Origin: Euprymna scolopes
Lineage: Eukaryota
Assembly: GCA_053919585.1 (NCBI GenBank)
Contig: CM132801.1
Length of the DNA: 64,000 bases
Strand: one strand, 5' to 3'
Position numbers and translations under genes: made by a program. The notes below the pieces were generated by a model that did not search any database, had not been told where the DNA came from, and saw only the letters and a list, made by a program, of their open reading frames with translations. Positions within the stretch are counted from its first letter, which is position 1, and each line of letters begins with the position of its first letter. Positions 49,695 to 60,995 of the stretch are shown one piece after another.

Positions 49695-50482
49695 ACTTTC
49701 TTTTTCTTTCCACCTGTCAGCCAAAGTTAGTAAAACAAAGGGGGAGAAAGAAAGCAAAAGGGAAAAACTGGTAAAGATTGAAAGCGTATCTGTTGTTAAA
49801 TTAGTACCTAGTGATTTGAGTAGTAGTATAAGGGCTTCTGACTGTGAGAGTAAGAACTCCTTCGCTTTTGTTTATTTATAATTCACAAAAAATAAAATAT
49901 TGATCAGGATTAGATATTGAAATTGGTTGAAAATACAATTTTTATTTTTAAAAGCACAAGCCAGATTTTTTTTATGTAGTTGTAGTAAAATATTGATTAA
50001 CAGAAAAGGTATGGAGAGGGGAATGCTGATCCAGTGAGTTACAGTTGATCTAGTGATGATTTTTAAATGCCAATTAATTTCACTGATAAAACTTTTTTTT
50101 TTCTACTTTTCAGTTTTTTCTGCAATTTGCATTCAAGTTAGACCAGAAAGTTAATCAACCTCCAGCAATACCACCCCCACCATCGAATCAGATTGTACGA
50201 AATATGCCGATGCCGCAGCGTATGCCACCACCTCCACCAGTGGGTCCTCCACCCCCACTGCAAGGCATGATACCACCTCGTCCCCCACCACCAATGGGAC
50301 CACCTCCAGTTGCCCCTCCTCCTATACCTCCTCCTTCAGGTTTACCTCCTCCAGGTCCACCTATGACAGCCCCACCACCTCCTCCTGTGCCTCCTCCAGT
50401 TCCAATGCCTACAATACCCAACATCCCCCATCCTTCTATACCTCCACCACCACCTCCTCCTGCACCACCCATGCCAAACTAA
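26767..50482 (+). CDS. SF3A2: Splicing factor 3A subunit 2 (SF3a66/SAP62/Prp11); join(26767-26892,30433-30504,32914-32960,34768-34877,38946-38995,40461-40601,44169-44237,50114-50482); 327 aa
   Basis: Spliced frame is open with all GT-AG introns: MDLQHRPGGKTG...DPYFMKNHLGSYECKLCLTLHNNEGSYLAHTQGKRH (U1C/matrin zinc finger)...KIGRPGYKVTKQRD...AAEPYETIAFKVPSRE... then a Pro-rich tail. Confidence 0.98.
27290..27760 (-). mobile_element. Penelope-like GIY-YIG endonuclease relic
   Basis: Broken frames give TCT*QSVV...YV..KNRFKV and terminal MQPHGLN. Confidence 0.45.
28943..29496 (-). mobile_element. Non-autonomous Helitron
   Basis: 5' TC, 3' CTAG, subterminal hairpin CCCGGGCAACGCCGGG, between A and T, no TSD; related to 51229-51849. 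Confidence 0.8.
30433..30504 (+). CDS. SF3A2: SF3A2 coding exon 2
   Basis: DPYFMKNHLGSYECKLCLTLHNNE; AG / GTAAGT. Confidence 0.97.
32914..32960 (+). CDS. SF3A2: SF3A2 coding exon 3
   Basis: GSYLAHTQGKRHQAN(L); AG / GTAAGT. Confidence 0.97.
33176..33422 (+). repeat. Unclassified dispersed repeat, copy 2
   Basis: Colinear with 6120-6358. Confidence 0.8.
34768..34877 (+). CDS. SF3A2: SF3A2 coding exon 4
   Basis: ARRAAKEAKEAPAQPAPEKAKVEIKKFVKIGRPGYK; AG / GTATGT. Confidence 0.97.
35130..35703 (+). mobile_element. 5'-truncated CR1/Jockey-group LINE 3' end with poly(A); distinct subfamily
   Basis: Open ORF end MEYCCHIWAGA...LSHRRDVASLSLFYRYFHG...FKSNVNK*, short 3' UTR, A-tail. Confidence 0.88.
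35950..36303 (-). mobile_element. 5S rRNA-derived SINE (SINE3-type), apparently full length
   Basis: Minus head CATCGGTTCTTGCCAAATCACTGAAGTTAAGCAACATTGAGGCTGGCCAGTACCAGATGGGTGACCATTTGGGAA resembles the 5S internal promoter; ~230-nt non-5S body and A-rich tail. Confidence 0.75.
37522..38290 (-). mobile_element. Non-autonomous Helitron-like element with internal ~125-bp tandem repeats
   Basis: CTAG end with degenerate hairpin ACCCGTCGTTGACTGGGT; repeated ACCCCA.AATTT.ATTATACCAT units; microsatellite at the other end. Confidence 0.6.
38375..38889 (+). mobile_element. Possible solo LTR
   Basis: TGTCATG...CATTACA termini, AATAAA near the 3' end, raised GC; no TSD match. Confidence 0.35.
38946..38995 (+). 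CDS. SF3A2: SF3A2 coding exon 5
   Basis: (V)TKQRDSENMQQSLLFQ; CAG / GTAAGA. Confidence 0.97.
40461..40601 (+). CDS. SF3A2: SF3A2 coding exon 6
   Basis: IDYPEIADVIIPRHRFMAAYEQKVEPPDRKWQYLLFAAEPYETIAFK. Confidence 0.97.
40971..41190 (+). repeat. Unclassified dispersed repeat, copy 3
   Basis: Colinear with 6120-6358. Confidence 0.75.
42058..42560 (-). mobile_element. Non-autonomous Helitron-like element; 3' end shared with 59475-59941
   Basis: CTAG + hairpin; GTCATAAAATATGCTTAAATAT shared with the reverse complement of 59892-59913. Confidence 0.6.
43225..43470 (+). mobile_element. tRNA-derived SINE; central part resembles the MetaSINE domain (from memory)
   Basis: B-box GGTTCAATCC followed by CATACAAAAGACATAAAAACGGTACTTGAT; degenerate minus-strand pieces near 36810-36875 and 37340-37450. 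Confidence 0.6.
44169..44237 (+). CDS. SF3A2: SF3A2 coding exon 7
   Basis: VPSREVDKDPKKLWTYWNKETKQ; CAG / GTGAGA. Confidence 0.97.
44878..45358 (+). mobile_element. 3' fragment of the same CR1/Jockey-group LINE, opposite orientation to 46555-49508
   Basis: Reverse complement of 46560-47040; ends GTTTGGGGTGAAAATGGAATTAAAAAAA. Confidence 0.88.
46842..48275 (-). pseudogene. LINE reverse transcriptase domain (477-aa open stretch)
   Basis: ORF track; core non-LTR RT motifs. Confidence 0.92.
48815..49450 (-). pseudogene. LINE apurinic-like endonuclease domain
   Basis: ORF track; EEP-family motifs. Confidence 0.9.
50114..50482 (+). CDS. SF3A2: SF3A2 last coding exon (proline-rich tail)
   Basis: FFLQFAFKLDQK... 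in frame with ORF 50204-50482; TAA at 50480-50482; AATAAA at 50553. Confidence 0.96.
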   Translation, partial: FFLQFAFKLDQKVNQPPAIPPPPSNQIVRNMPMPQRMPPPPPVGPPPPLQGMIPPRPPPPMGPPPVAPPPIPPPSGLPPPGPPMTAPPPPPVPPPVPMPTIPNIPHPSIPPPPPPPAPPMPN

Positions 50483-51228
50483 GAGGTCAAGTCCATTTCT
50501 CTCATTTTTTTTTTTTTCAAACTGAAAAAACAAATTGGACAAGTCACGATATAATAAATTCATATCAAATTTTTAATTTGTTGTTATTGTTGATTTAAAA
50601 ATTAACTTTGATATACAGTAATTTACGTATGAAAAATATAAAAGAAAAACAAAAAAAACACAGAAATAAATCATCACAATCAAAAGCTTTACTGTTTTTG
50701 TTTGAATCAACAAACGTGTTCGGAGAAAATTAAAATTTTTTTCTTGGAGCCAAAATAATTTTTCCATAAATCATATTACCCCCACCTTATATATATATAA
50801 TTCAATTTATATAAATAAATTTACCATAAGTCGCTACAATAAATTTACTGTTTCAGTCTTAAAACACATTGACAGGCGACAATTAAGTACTATCAACAAC
50901 CTCATTGAAATTACATAATTTTTACTTTTAGATATTTTTAATTTGAAATAAATAAATCTATATTTGTCACAAGCCAGAAAAGACCAGAATCGAGCCGTGT
51001 TGTATCTGGTATAGAATCTTCGACTCTTATTGATGGTTTTTCCCTATGTTGCTCGCAACACATGAATAAAAAGAAAACTATAAAATGATATGTCAGCCAT
51101 GGGATTACGACCTTTGTGACACGTCTGGTTTGGAATAGACTTCTCACATTTTCAAGCGATGCATACTAAAGGGAAGAACAACAAAACGCGTTGTTAAACA
51201 CAGATTTATATATTTATTATATAATATA

Positions 51229-51849
51229 CTAGCGAGGGGTACCCGGCATTGCCCGGGTGTTTTTCGGGGTATGTGAAAAAAAACAGGTGCCCGTGAAAAA
51301 AAAACGAAGCCTTCACGACGCGCAGTTGGAAAATAGTAAAGTTTTAAAAAATCCAGGTGCGCGTTTTTGATTGATGTGGTAGCGATAGGTATTCAGCAGT
51401 TACGATAAAGTGTTGGACACTTTTGAATGAGGTGAATAAATTGGTTTGTTTGTTTTTAAAAACCCGCTCCCTGTTTATTAGGAGGAGCGAAATGAAAGCT
51501 ACAGTCTGATATGACGAAGTCGACATTGAACAAACGTTATTTAGCTCTCTTGAGACAACTGGCTTTTGGCCTGTGATTAGAATCGAGTTTCGCTTTTTTT
51601 TATACCGAAAACCGAATGTAACGTGTGCTGATGCGGGAAATGTTGAATAATTAACGTTCGAAAGTCAATAAAATTAAATAGACAGGTGATCTCTGTGGAT
51701 AACTCTGAGATATTACAATTTATAGATGATATAAAAAGTTTTAAGAAGTTGTGAACCGAGCAAGTGCTTCTTTGAAAGAAGCCTTTTGTGGACATCGAGG
51801 AAAAGCGTACATACATACACACATACATTTTCACTTTTATATATATAGA
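51229..51849 (-). mobile_element. Non-autonomous Helitron, same family as 28943-29496
   Basis: CTAGCGAGGGGTACCCGGCATTGCCCGGG end and TATATATAGA end; A/T insertion site. Confidence 0.8.
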
Positions 51850-53802
51850 TTATATTTGGTGACGAGGGATTTGAAGCTTACACATAACAAAATTCATTTA
51901 CTTTCAGTAAATAATGACATAATGTGCTTGTAGCAATCATTACTATGAACTTGATATCGTGTGATCACTTGCATTGCATGTATATACTGAAAAAGGAGAC
52001 AAAAATATCCAACTCTATGATATCAAAATGATGAAGAAATCTTCTTTTTTTTTCTACCATGAAAAGTTTTATTCATTCTATGTGATGTCTCAATAATTTT
52101 GTGCCGTGTTTGTGTCAAACCCACAATTAAAATTTTTAAATTTCAAATTCCGCATTAACTTGTATTCAATTGAAATGTAAAAAGTTTCAAATACCGTATT
52201 AACTTTCATAGGAATGTTAATTATCCTGTCACTAAGCAAACAGTTTGAAAAACTCTCTTCAAAAGAATCGCTTAAATGATATCTCAAACAACAAAAAAAA
52301 ATCATACCAAAATCTTAAAATGTAACAAAAACGCCCACATTTTCTACACCTTCACAAATCAAGGAAAAAGAAAAGGTTTAACCTGAGATAACCATATAAC
52401 GGTTGAAAGCCATTAAACACCAGCAAGCAAACAAACTTTATTTTTATTTTCAATCCATCATCTGGACTTCCAATCCTTATACTGCCCTAATAATGTTGCA
52501 ACAGTTGGTATTATACAAAATATAAACACAAGCGTCTGACTCGATTAACCTTCCAATTTTTGTTGACCTTTTGTAAGTCAATTAAGAGACATAACTCACC
52601 TGTGATCTGTGCAATAGAGAAATTTGTTTGATCTGTACAACCTGATTTGTGTAAGCTTGATATTCTCACAATTTTTCACATAGCAGTAAACTTCTTTTTT
52701 TTTTTTTTTAACATAATTTTGCTTGATATTTTGGACAAAAGCGATGGCTTCCAAACAGTTTTCTCTAGGCCTCTTTTTAATTCTTTTTTTAACAATTTTC
52801 TCACAGCAGATTAATATTGTTTAACACTTTCTTGCACACTGTTGTTCCACAATGAAAAATAGAAAAGTTGTCATACATTTAGATTTGGCCAATCATATTT
52901 GTTTTTATGAGTCAGAGGAATCAAGGAATATGTTTTTGCTTCCTTTATTAGTTGTTACGGGTCTTTTCGTTGTTCAAGAACAAGTTAGATCAGGTCTGTT
53001 GAATTTCTGGTAAAGATTATGCATGAAAGGGTTTAAAAATAATGGAAAAACAAGATTCATGACACAGAACATAAAGATTGGGAATTTTATTTTGACGTCT
53101 TTATGGCAAACAAAAGTTAAAACTAAATCCTTTATTCAATCTTTGGGGTAGATTGTTCTCGTTTCATCAGTCATAACCGAGTAAATGTTGTTCTTAATTA
53201 TTTAATTATATTATTATCGCCTGTATTGAGTATTGACCTTCACTCTTCAGAAGACTAATATTTGCAACTGATTATTACACTTAGCACTTTATCCATTGTG
53301 CCACGTGTTGATGGTGTTCAGGAGCCTATACAGCTGCTTCCAAGAAATGCCATGATAAGATGGTTTATTGTTCTGGGAGTCTTTTTCGGCTGTGACAAAT
53401 GATTGCGACAGTTAAAAATGTCTAATGGGAATGTTGTCGGTTTTGTGAAAGCTATGCAAAGATGGCCCACTGCTTGGATCACTTTAAAGGTTTTCTGTAA
53501 CCTTGGCGCAAAAAAGAAAAATATCTTGTTTTATATTCCACATGTGAAGTGGAATTTGTTTTTGTTTTTTTCTGATTTCCACCAAAGGGAAAGTTCATTT
53601 TATTGTTGGCTAGTAATGATTCAAGGGAAATAATTCCTAAATATTTTTTATTTATATTACATTCTGATTTTTCATTTAACAAGGTTTTATAAAGAAATAT
53701 AAGGAATTTATTTATTTTTATTGTTTTAGATTATGATTAAAATTATATTTTGGCTGAATCGTCAATTCATGTTGCTGCCCCGGGAACAACCTTTCAAAGG
53801 CT

Positions 53803-53850
53803 GTGGTCACACTGAAGAATTCAAGACAATGTCTGATGAATTGTGACTGC
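53803..53850 (+). ncRNA. Defective hammerhead-like motif, stem III missing
   Basis: GTGGTCACA-CTGAAGA-imperfect hairpin-GAAT-TGTGACTGC; 9-bp stem I including two GU pairs. Confidence 0.3.
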
Positions 53851-53999
53851 TGATCTTTAAGTGGTTATTCCTCACTTGAGCGACAGAAGAAATTTTCACC
53901 CTTACATAAAATTATAGTCTCCATGGGATCCAGCAGAAGATCTACCATAGGCACTTTCGTCTCAACAGAAAAAAAGAAACATGATGCTTATATAGAATG

Positions 54000-54860
54000 A
54001 GGTTTCAAATAAATGCATTTTAAGTAAAAACATAATTATGTACTTGCATGTCATGTCGAAATTAGTAAAAATGAGGACAAAATGATCAAATCGAATAATA
54101 ATTACAATAAAAAAATTTTTCTTTTCAAAATTGTAAAGTTTTATCAGCGCTTCTACACTATCAGAACGGAATTTCAGAAATCATAATACTGAATTTCACA
54201 TGAAAACAATGGTATCTACATATTCCTTGTATTTTTAAGATGATTATATTGAAAAATTATGAAAATCGATAAGGTAGAAAATTATTTATTACAGAAAATA
54301 AGAAATAAAATTTGAAGAAAACGATCATAATTTCTTATGTAACACACAGGAGAGTTCAAAACGGCGGTAAGTTTCCGTTTCAATTTGTTTTATAAAAACA
54401 AAATAGCCGCAATTTTTCACCTGCTAACACGATTAAAGTTTTTTTTGTTTTTTTTTTGATAATTCAATAATATTCAGATAATTTCGACTGCATAATTTGG
54501 AAGCTAACATTGTAATTTATTAGAATTGACAAAAAAAAAAATCAGAAGGAACTATTGTTTTTATCTCCAAACTCCGTTTATCGACTACTAAAGTTTGTTC
54601 TGATAGTGCAGAAGCGCCGTTTTATCATATTGGTTAATTGTTAGAGTTTTCAAATTCAGGAGAGAACTGCAATCTATAATTGTGACAAATTTTCCATTTC
54701 AAAATAGAAAATTGCAGACTGCTAATATTTTATTTTATTTTTTTTGTAAATAATAGTTCTACATCATTTTTCATAATTTTTTGAATTTTTTACTAATTTT
54801 GACATGACGTGTAAGTACATAATAGTGCTTTTACCTAAAATGCATTTTTTTGAAATCCCA
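54000..54860. mobile_element. MITE/foldback
   Basis: AAATGCATTTTAAGTAAAA...TGTCATGTCGAAATTAGTAAAAA mirrored at 54787-54847; inner pair GCGCTTCTACACTATCAGAAC / GTTCTGATAGTGCAGAAGCGC; related fragment near 36915-37017. Confidence 0.75.
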
Positions 54861-55059
54861 TTATACTGCAAAAGTACCAGCAACATTTTGCTCTGCAGAA
54901 CAGTCTATTAAATAAGGTAGTAACAATGCCTATCATATCCAGGTTTAAAGTCGTCTTGGACAAACATTCAGGCTGCGTATATTCATCTTCTGTATTTTTT
55001 TTTAGGGCTTGTTGCACTTAGTTGTTTTTACCAATAAATTTGATTTGATTTGAATCTAT

Positions 55060-55440
55060 GGCCAGCTGTTGACAAAGTATTGAAGTTGTCGAGAAGTTTT
55101 GTTACCTTGTAGATACCTTTAGAATACAGGATGGAGCAGGTGCTAATGTGATTGCAAGAATTAGAGGTGGATGAAGTAAGTTCAGGGTACTTTTGCCATT
55201 ACTAACCAACAGAGCCTTACCACTTTCAATCAAAGGAAGAATCTACCAGGCACGTCTCTGCAGTGTGATGATGTATGGAAGTGAAAACACCAGTGAGAAT
55301 TGCCCGAAGAGGAATAATATCAGAATATGATTGATGTGTAATGTGAGTCTTAAAGACTGATTACCTCAGTGAAAGGTTAAATTTGAACAGTTTTGATGAA
55401 GTGTGTAGAACAAGAGACTTTGTTGGTTTGGTCACATTGA
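55060..55440 (+). mobile_element. RTE-clade LINE relic (post-RT region)
   Basis: EVVEKFCYLVDTF...ARIRGG*SKFRVLLPLL...KGRIYQARLCSVMMYGSE...WFGHI. Confidence 0.7.
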
Positions 55441-55444
55441 CTGC

Positions 55445-56530
55445 ATTAATGAGAATTTTTGAGGTGGTAGTTGTAGATATAGAACAATTGTGGTTCATCA
55501 TGAGTGTATCTTTCACTTGGTGCAGATTGCAAACCAATGTGACTTATTTTTTGCCATTCCTTCTGATCCAGGGCAAGTTGGTTGATGGACGCCCAACTGT
55601 TGAGAGATGTCCAATCAAAAATGTTTTCCACCTTCTTCTTGGCGTTCCTCTGCCTCTTTTGCCTTCTAACATACCCTCAAAGCATAATTTTGACAGGCTA
55701 GTGGTTGATTGATTGACAGGCCAAAAAGTTTAAGGGTTTTACTTTTGATTTTATCAAATAGAAGGTGTAAGGAAGTAGCTTGACAAAGAGTGGATATTTT
55801 ATGTTTTTTTGATCAGGTGATGTCCTATAATGAAACGTATTACGTGATTTTGAAACACCTCAATGCGATTGGCTAGTTGTTTAGACCATGTGATACATTG
55901 AAGGCCATATAAAACTACAGGGAGGACATAAATAAACTTTTACTTTAACAGTTATCACCACCCTTTTTGATTTTAGAATGATGCCGTGTTTTTGTAAAGC
56001 CACCCAACCCAGCCCGATTCTGTGTTTCAATGTCGTCTCATGATCACTGAAGAAAGTCAGTTTATGCCCTAAATAAATGAACTGTATTACCTGTTTGATG
56101 GGTTTACTGTGAATAATCATGTTTAGGTTAAACTATGATTTAACTGTAGACATACATTCTGTTTTCTCTAGGTTTATTTCTAATCCTATCTCCTTTGCAT
56201 TCTTTGTTAATACATTAAGAAAAACTTGAAGTTTATGTGTGCATTCATTAACAAGAGCGATATCATCAGTATAGGAGAGATTGGAAAGGATTTTTCCATC
56301 TATAGAAAAACCACTTTGGCAAGTCTCTTCTGTCTTAAGCATAACAGCAGCTAGTGCAACACAGAACAGAACTGCTGAAAGCATATCTCTTTGCTTGACG
56401 CCTTTTTTTGATGTTTATGGAGCGACTAAACCCAAGTTCAGTTTAGTGAGTTTAGAAGATTAATGTAGTTTTGTGGAGAGGATTTTTGTCTAATTTGATA
56501 CTATCAAAAGCTTTTATAAAATCGATAAAA
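55445..56530 (-). mobile_element. RTE-clade LINE relic (RT and C-terminus)
   Basis: LSYTDDIAL, GLEINLEKTECM, FIYLGH, EGKRGRGTPRRRW, ALDQKEW across broken frames. Confidence 0.8.
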
Positions 56531-56533
56531 ATG

Positions 56534-56928
56534 TTGACATAAGTTTTACATGCTGGCATGTGTTGGACGGCTTAAAAAATGGTTTTCAAAGTAACTTATC
56601 GCTGGCCAGATCTTTATTTCTCCCTCTTCCCCTCAGATTAATTTTTATCAGTCACTTGAATGTTTTCCTTAATTTGAGTTGCGGAAAAGCCAATCTGCAC
56701 ATATTGCTGGCCAGGTATTTATTTCTCCTTCTTTCTCTCAGATTCAGATTCAGAGTCAATCTGTAACTCAAATTATGGTTACGACCAAGGAAAACATTCA
56801 AGTGAGTGATAAAAATGAATCTGAGAGAAAGAGGGAGAAATAAAGACCTGGTCAGCAATAGGTTACTTTGAAAATCAATTTTGTTTTTAAGCTGTCCAAC
56901 ACATGCCAGCATGTAAAACTGATGTCAA
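56534..56928. mobile_element. MITE/foldback with ~135-bp arms
   Basis: TTGACATAAGTTTTACATGCTGGCATGTGTTGGAC mirrored by GTCCAACACATGCCAGCATGTAAAACTGATGTCAA. Confidence 0.85.
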
Positions 56929-57140
56929 ACCAAACATGATGACAATGATGATTGTTAATAAATGAGATTATTCTTTATCTTTACAAATCTACTATCACAC
57001 CAATATGGAGTACTGTCATCATTTTGGGGGCTGGTGAATCTCTGTTGCATTTAAGGATTTTTGATAAGTTACAGAAATGCATCTATAATTTCATTGGTTT
57101 CTCCTAAGTTTAATGCATTTTTTAATTAGTCTAATATGAC

Positions 57141-57277
57141 ACAATCACATTGACACGCCGGTTCTCGACAGATCATTGAAGTTAAGCAACGATGAGCCTG
57201 GTTAATACCAGATGGGTTACCATTTGGGAAGGCTAGGCGCTGTATGTACCGCGCTGAGTCATAGAAATTTCCAGGTT
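57141..57277 (+). mobile_element. 5S rRNA-derived SINE head, same family as 35950-36303
   Basis: GCCGGTTCTCGACAGATCATTGAAGTTAAGCAACG...GATGGGTTACCATTTGGGAAGG...CTGTATGTACCGC. Confidence 0.75.
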
Positions 57278-57478
57278 AGTATCAGGGGGCACGGGGGGGG
57301 GATACAACCCCAAATCAAGATGAAAAGCAATGGAAAATTATTGTCTTTATTTGTCTTTCCGAGATTACCATGGCTCTACAATTTGGAGAACCATAGTCGC
57401 CAATGCTATTAAAACAGCAGGGCCGCTGCATGCAATTAGTTTAGTCGCCTCTGTTTATTGCTAACGATTTTATGACCA

Positions 57479-57939
57479 TCTATAATATAAATCTCACCTG
57501 CCTGTTTAAATGAATGTATGTATGCATGTATGTATGTATGTATGTATATCTGCCTAAAACTTTCGACAGAGGCGACGGATTTTCACAAGACTGGTATCGG
57601 TTTCGAGCTTGACCCTTCGGATGACAAATATCGAAAAATTAGCTAAAAATATTAATTTCTTCATCCTTAGCTAGTCACTTTTCTAAAGGTAGGGGTCGCT
57701 TTTTTTCCCCGATATTTTTGAAAGTCATCCCCTCTTTTCGATTGTCTAGCTTTAATTTAAACCTACGTCACTTCCGGTTTGGCAATGGATGCAACAGCAA
57801 AGATGTCACGTTTTTTTTCACATTCTTTTCCTCCTTTGCAGTATGGGTTCAAGCCTGCCTGCCTACAGCCACATTTTTTATTCTTTTTTGCTCAACACAT
57901 GCCTCCAAACACCCGGGCATCGCCGGGAACCCAGGCTCG
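57479..57939 (+). mobile_element. Non-autonomous Helitron-like element
   Basis: A|TC start, (ATGT)n, hairpin CCCGGGCATCGCCGGG, end CTCG|T. Confidence 0.6.
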
Positions 57940-59474
57940 TGGCTTGATAAAGGAAAATAAAAATCCTTTCTTTTTCTCTGCACTTTCTCTCTCTCTCATA
58001 CACACAGATGTGATGTTAGTCTTTTCTATAAATTCTATTATATTGTGTTCTTCAGAATTGTCTGATCTATTCTACAAGAAAATATTTTTTGCAGCCAAAC
58101 TTTCTTTGTCTATTACTTCTTTCATTGTTACACTCTTAACTTACAGCAACCTACACCCAGCGGTGTAGGTCACTAAAATAAATACACATCATTGTTTATT
58201 AAAAAAAGGTTTTGTTTTCCTTTCATTTGACGACCGGTTTGTTACAAAATATCATATGCTGTGAAGTTTAAGATCAACCTCGTTATTGTCTAGTCAAGCT
58301 TCATACTTGGTTCCTAGAGAGAGAAATACATTTTAGAGGTTTTCTTGTTAGCACCTCCAATAAAATAATTGTCAGACACGAAGCACAGAAGAAAAAAAAA
58401 ACGTTTTTTTTTTTTTTTAAATACAAAACAATCAAAGCATTTATTTAGGCAGCAGAAAGTTGGACTGTGTCTGGGTTGAGAGAAAAAGGAATAGAAAGGC
58501 TTTTGGGTGTGTAACGTCAGGCGGCAGTCCTTTGTAGAGTCCCAGGTTGCCCAGCACTTATTTTTAGTGAAAATCGTTGATCCTGATATGTCCAGTGGAC
58601 ATGGAACGAGACGAGAAAGGAAAGAGTCTGTCTTTGTTGCTTGCTGAGCTCTCTCCGCTGGCTGACCCTGGTTCCCAAAGGGGCTAAAGAATTCTTTAGG
58701 GAAGAGATGGAATCAATGTGCTCTCCCAGCTGTCAGTGTGTGGCCAAAACATTCAGTGGGGGTGGGGGGGGGCTTAATTCACAAGAGAAAATAGATCATT
58801 ATTTTTGGCTGCTACAATATACAGACTTTCATACTCTTCTATTAATTAGGCATATCATATAGCTAATATCACTACATTATAAGAATTTGTTTTACTGTTA
58901 CGATATTATCAGATTAACAGGATTAATATAAACCTGCTTTTTATGAAAAAAAAACAAAAGAAAATCTTAAAAATTAGAGAAAAAGTGAAAATGTAGGGAG
59001 AAAGAAAAGAATTGTTCTTTTGTTTCAGGATTTCAGGGAATAAAAAATTCTGATGGCAAATGAGAATTGTGATCTTGTTGGAATCTGTGGTGGTGGTAGA
59101 AAAACTACCGACGGCATCGTGTGAGTGGAAATTGGACCATTTGGCTTCCATAACCGACACAGGTCATTGAAGATGAATGAACAGTGATGACTGATTAAAC
59201 ATCAAGAGACATATCCCCATACTTTCGGAACGATTGAATAAATTCCATTTTGGAAAAGTGTATTTGTTCATGCGATGGTGGATCTGGGAAGAACAGACCT
59301 CCTCCAGTCGAAGTAACAGCAGGGGGGAAAAAAAAAATGAAGAAGGCAAGAAACACAAATCTCTGCAGCCTGCTGAAGTAATTGTAAGAGACAGAAACAG
59401 ATGAAGAAGAAGGACGGCATAGAAATCTATTGTCCATTCTGAAGTCAGAAATGCAGATCCCTGCAGATTGAAAA

Positions 59475-59941
59475 TCTAATATATAAACGGCTATATGTCT
59501 GTCTGTCTGTCTGTCTGTCTCCATATTTTCAAACTCTATCTCTCCCGAAACTAAAAGTCATAAAGCGGTGCTACTCGTAGGGGCCCTCAAATGATTCGAT
59601 TTTTTATGGGATGTTCTTTCATGGGTCTTTAGCCAGTTAAAATAATTTTTAAGGGGCCAAAAATGGGTCAAAATTGAAAAAATCGTTATACATTTTGTAC
59701 ATTAGTCTTAGTTTCTTTTTAATTTTTAATCAGTTTATATGCGTGTCACGTTAGCACAGTGGTAACATCACCAGTTTTGAATGCTACAGATTTGCTTTTG
59801 ATTCTACCTGATGGCACCCAAATACTTTTTTTTTTTTTTTAAATCATGACACTATAATAATATATACGAAATCTGGAAAAATTAAAATATTATATTTAAG
59901 CATATTTTATGACCAGACAAAACCAGGTGCCCATCTGCTAG
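59475..59941 (+). mobile_element. Non-autonomous Helitron
   Basis: A|TC start, (CTGT)n, degenerate hairpin, CTAG|T end. Confidence 0.7.
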
Positions 59942-60995
59942 TTATAAATATTACTAAAAACTTGAAATAATAAAATAATTTGATAATTATTAATTAAATT
60001 CTATTGAAAGAAAGGCAGAGTCATGTCTGTCTAATTCTCAGTATAAGATGAAAGTCTAAGAACCTTCAAGGACTCCTATTTTCTTGCCTATTGAATCCAT
60101 ATGGTTAAGAGACAAACCCTAAACGTAGGGTTGATATCACCAAACTAAAATCGCCCAGAACCTAACAATAGAGCCAATCCAAAAATACTATAAGTAGAAT
60201 GTAGATTTAGAAATTTTCTACACAAACATTGTAATTTTTACTCAAAATAATTATATTTATAGAAAAAGAACAACCTTCAAATTGTTATTTATTTTTTATA
60301 CTTGATTTTTGCTCCTCAATGGTACAACTTTAATGATTAATGCCAGACGATTGCCCATTTATACAATGTAGGGAGAGTAGGAATTTGATGGACCTGAACC
60401 CTTTGATATCTACGGTCTTTATCCGAGCAGCAACCGTTTTTTTTTTTTTTTTTTTGCAAGTATGTACCTAGTGACCAACTGGAACCCAGAAACAGCTATC
60501 TTTGGTGATGTCACGAAGAATAGAGGTACATTACAGTCCATGCTAAAATAAGCTCTATATGAACACTTTCCTTTTATCTGAGTCTCATTACGAGAAAGGA
60601 AGCTTCAGCTTGCTGGTCTCGCCTATTATGTAGCAAAAAATTTGTTAGAAGGCACCACCATTCCTACATTGACCAACTTGTAGAAATTGGGATGCTATCT
60701 GGAGGACCAACCATCGGCATGCAGAGGCAGGGGTCCATGGGACACTGACCCCCATGCATCCTTTTAGGGAAGCAACATCCAATCACATTTAAACTTTCCT
60801 CCTTTCTCAAAATATTTCTTGGTACTAGGACTTATGCTTCAGTCTTTGGAGTATACAATCAAGGAGTTGGCACTGGGCATAACCAGACTTTTGTCTACCT
60901 CTGTTGTCAATAGCAATGTCTGACACAGCTGGTTGGGATGATTGAGTCAGGAGAATCCAAGAAGAATTTTTGATCTGATGATTAATTGAAACCTC

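Noticed and set aside
50188-50472. Gly-rich minus-strand ORF
   Set aside because: Antisense shadow of the SF3A2 proline codons.
57141-57252. Functional 5S rRNA gene
   Set aside because: Diverged 5' end, no oligo-T terminator, and continuation shared with the 36303 copy.
60480-60720. Host exon
   Set aside because: Short LRERKLQLAG-like string with stops; more like a decayed RTE fragment and too weak to list.
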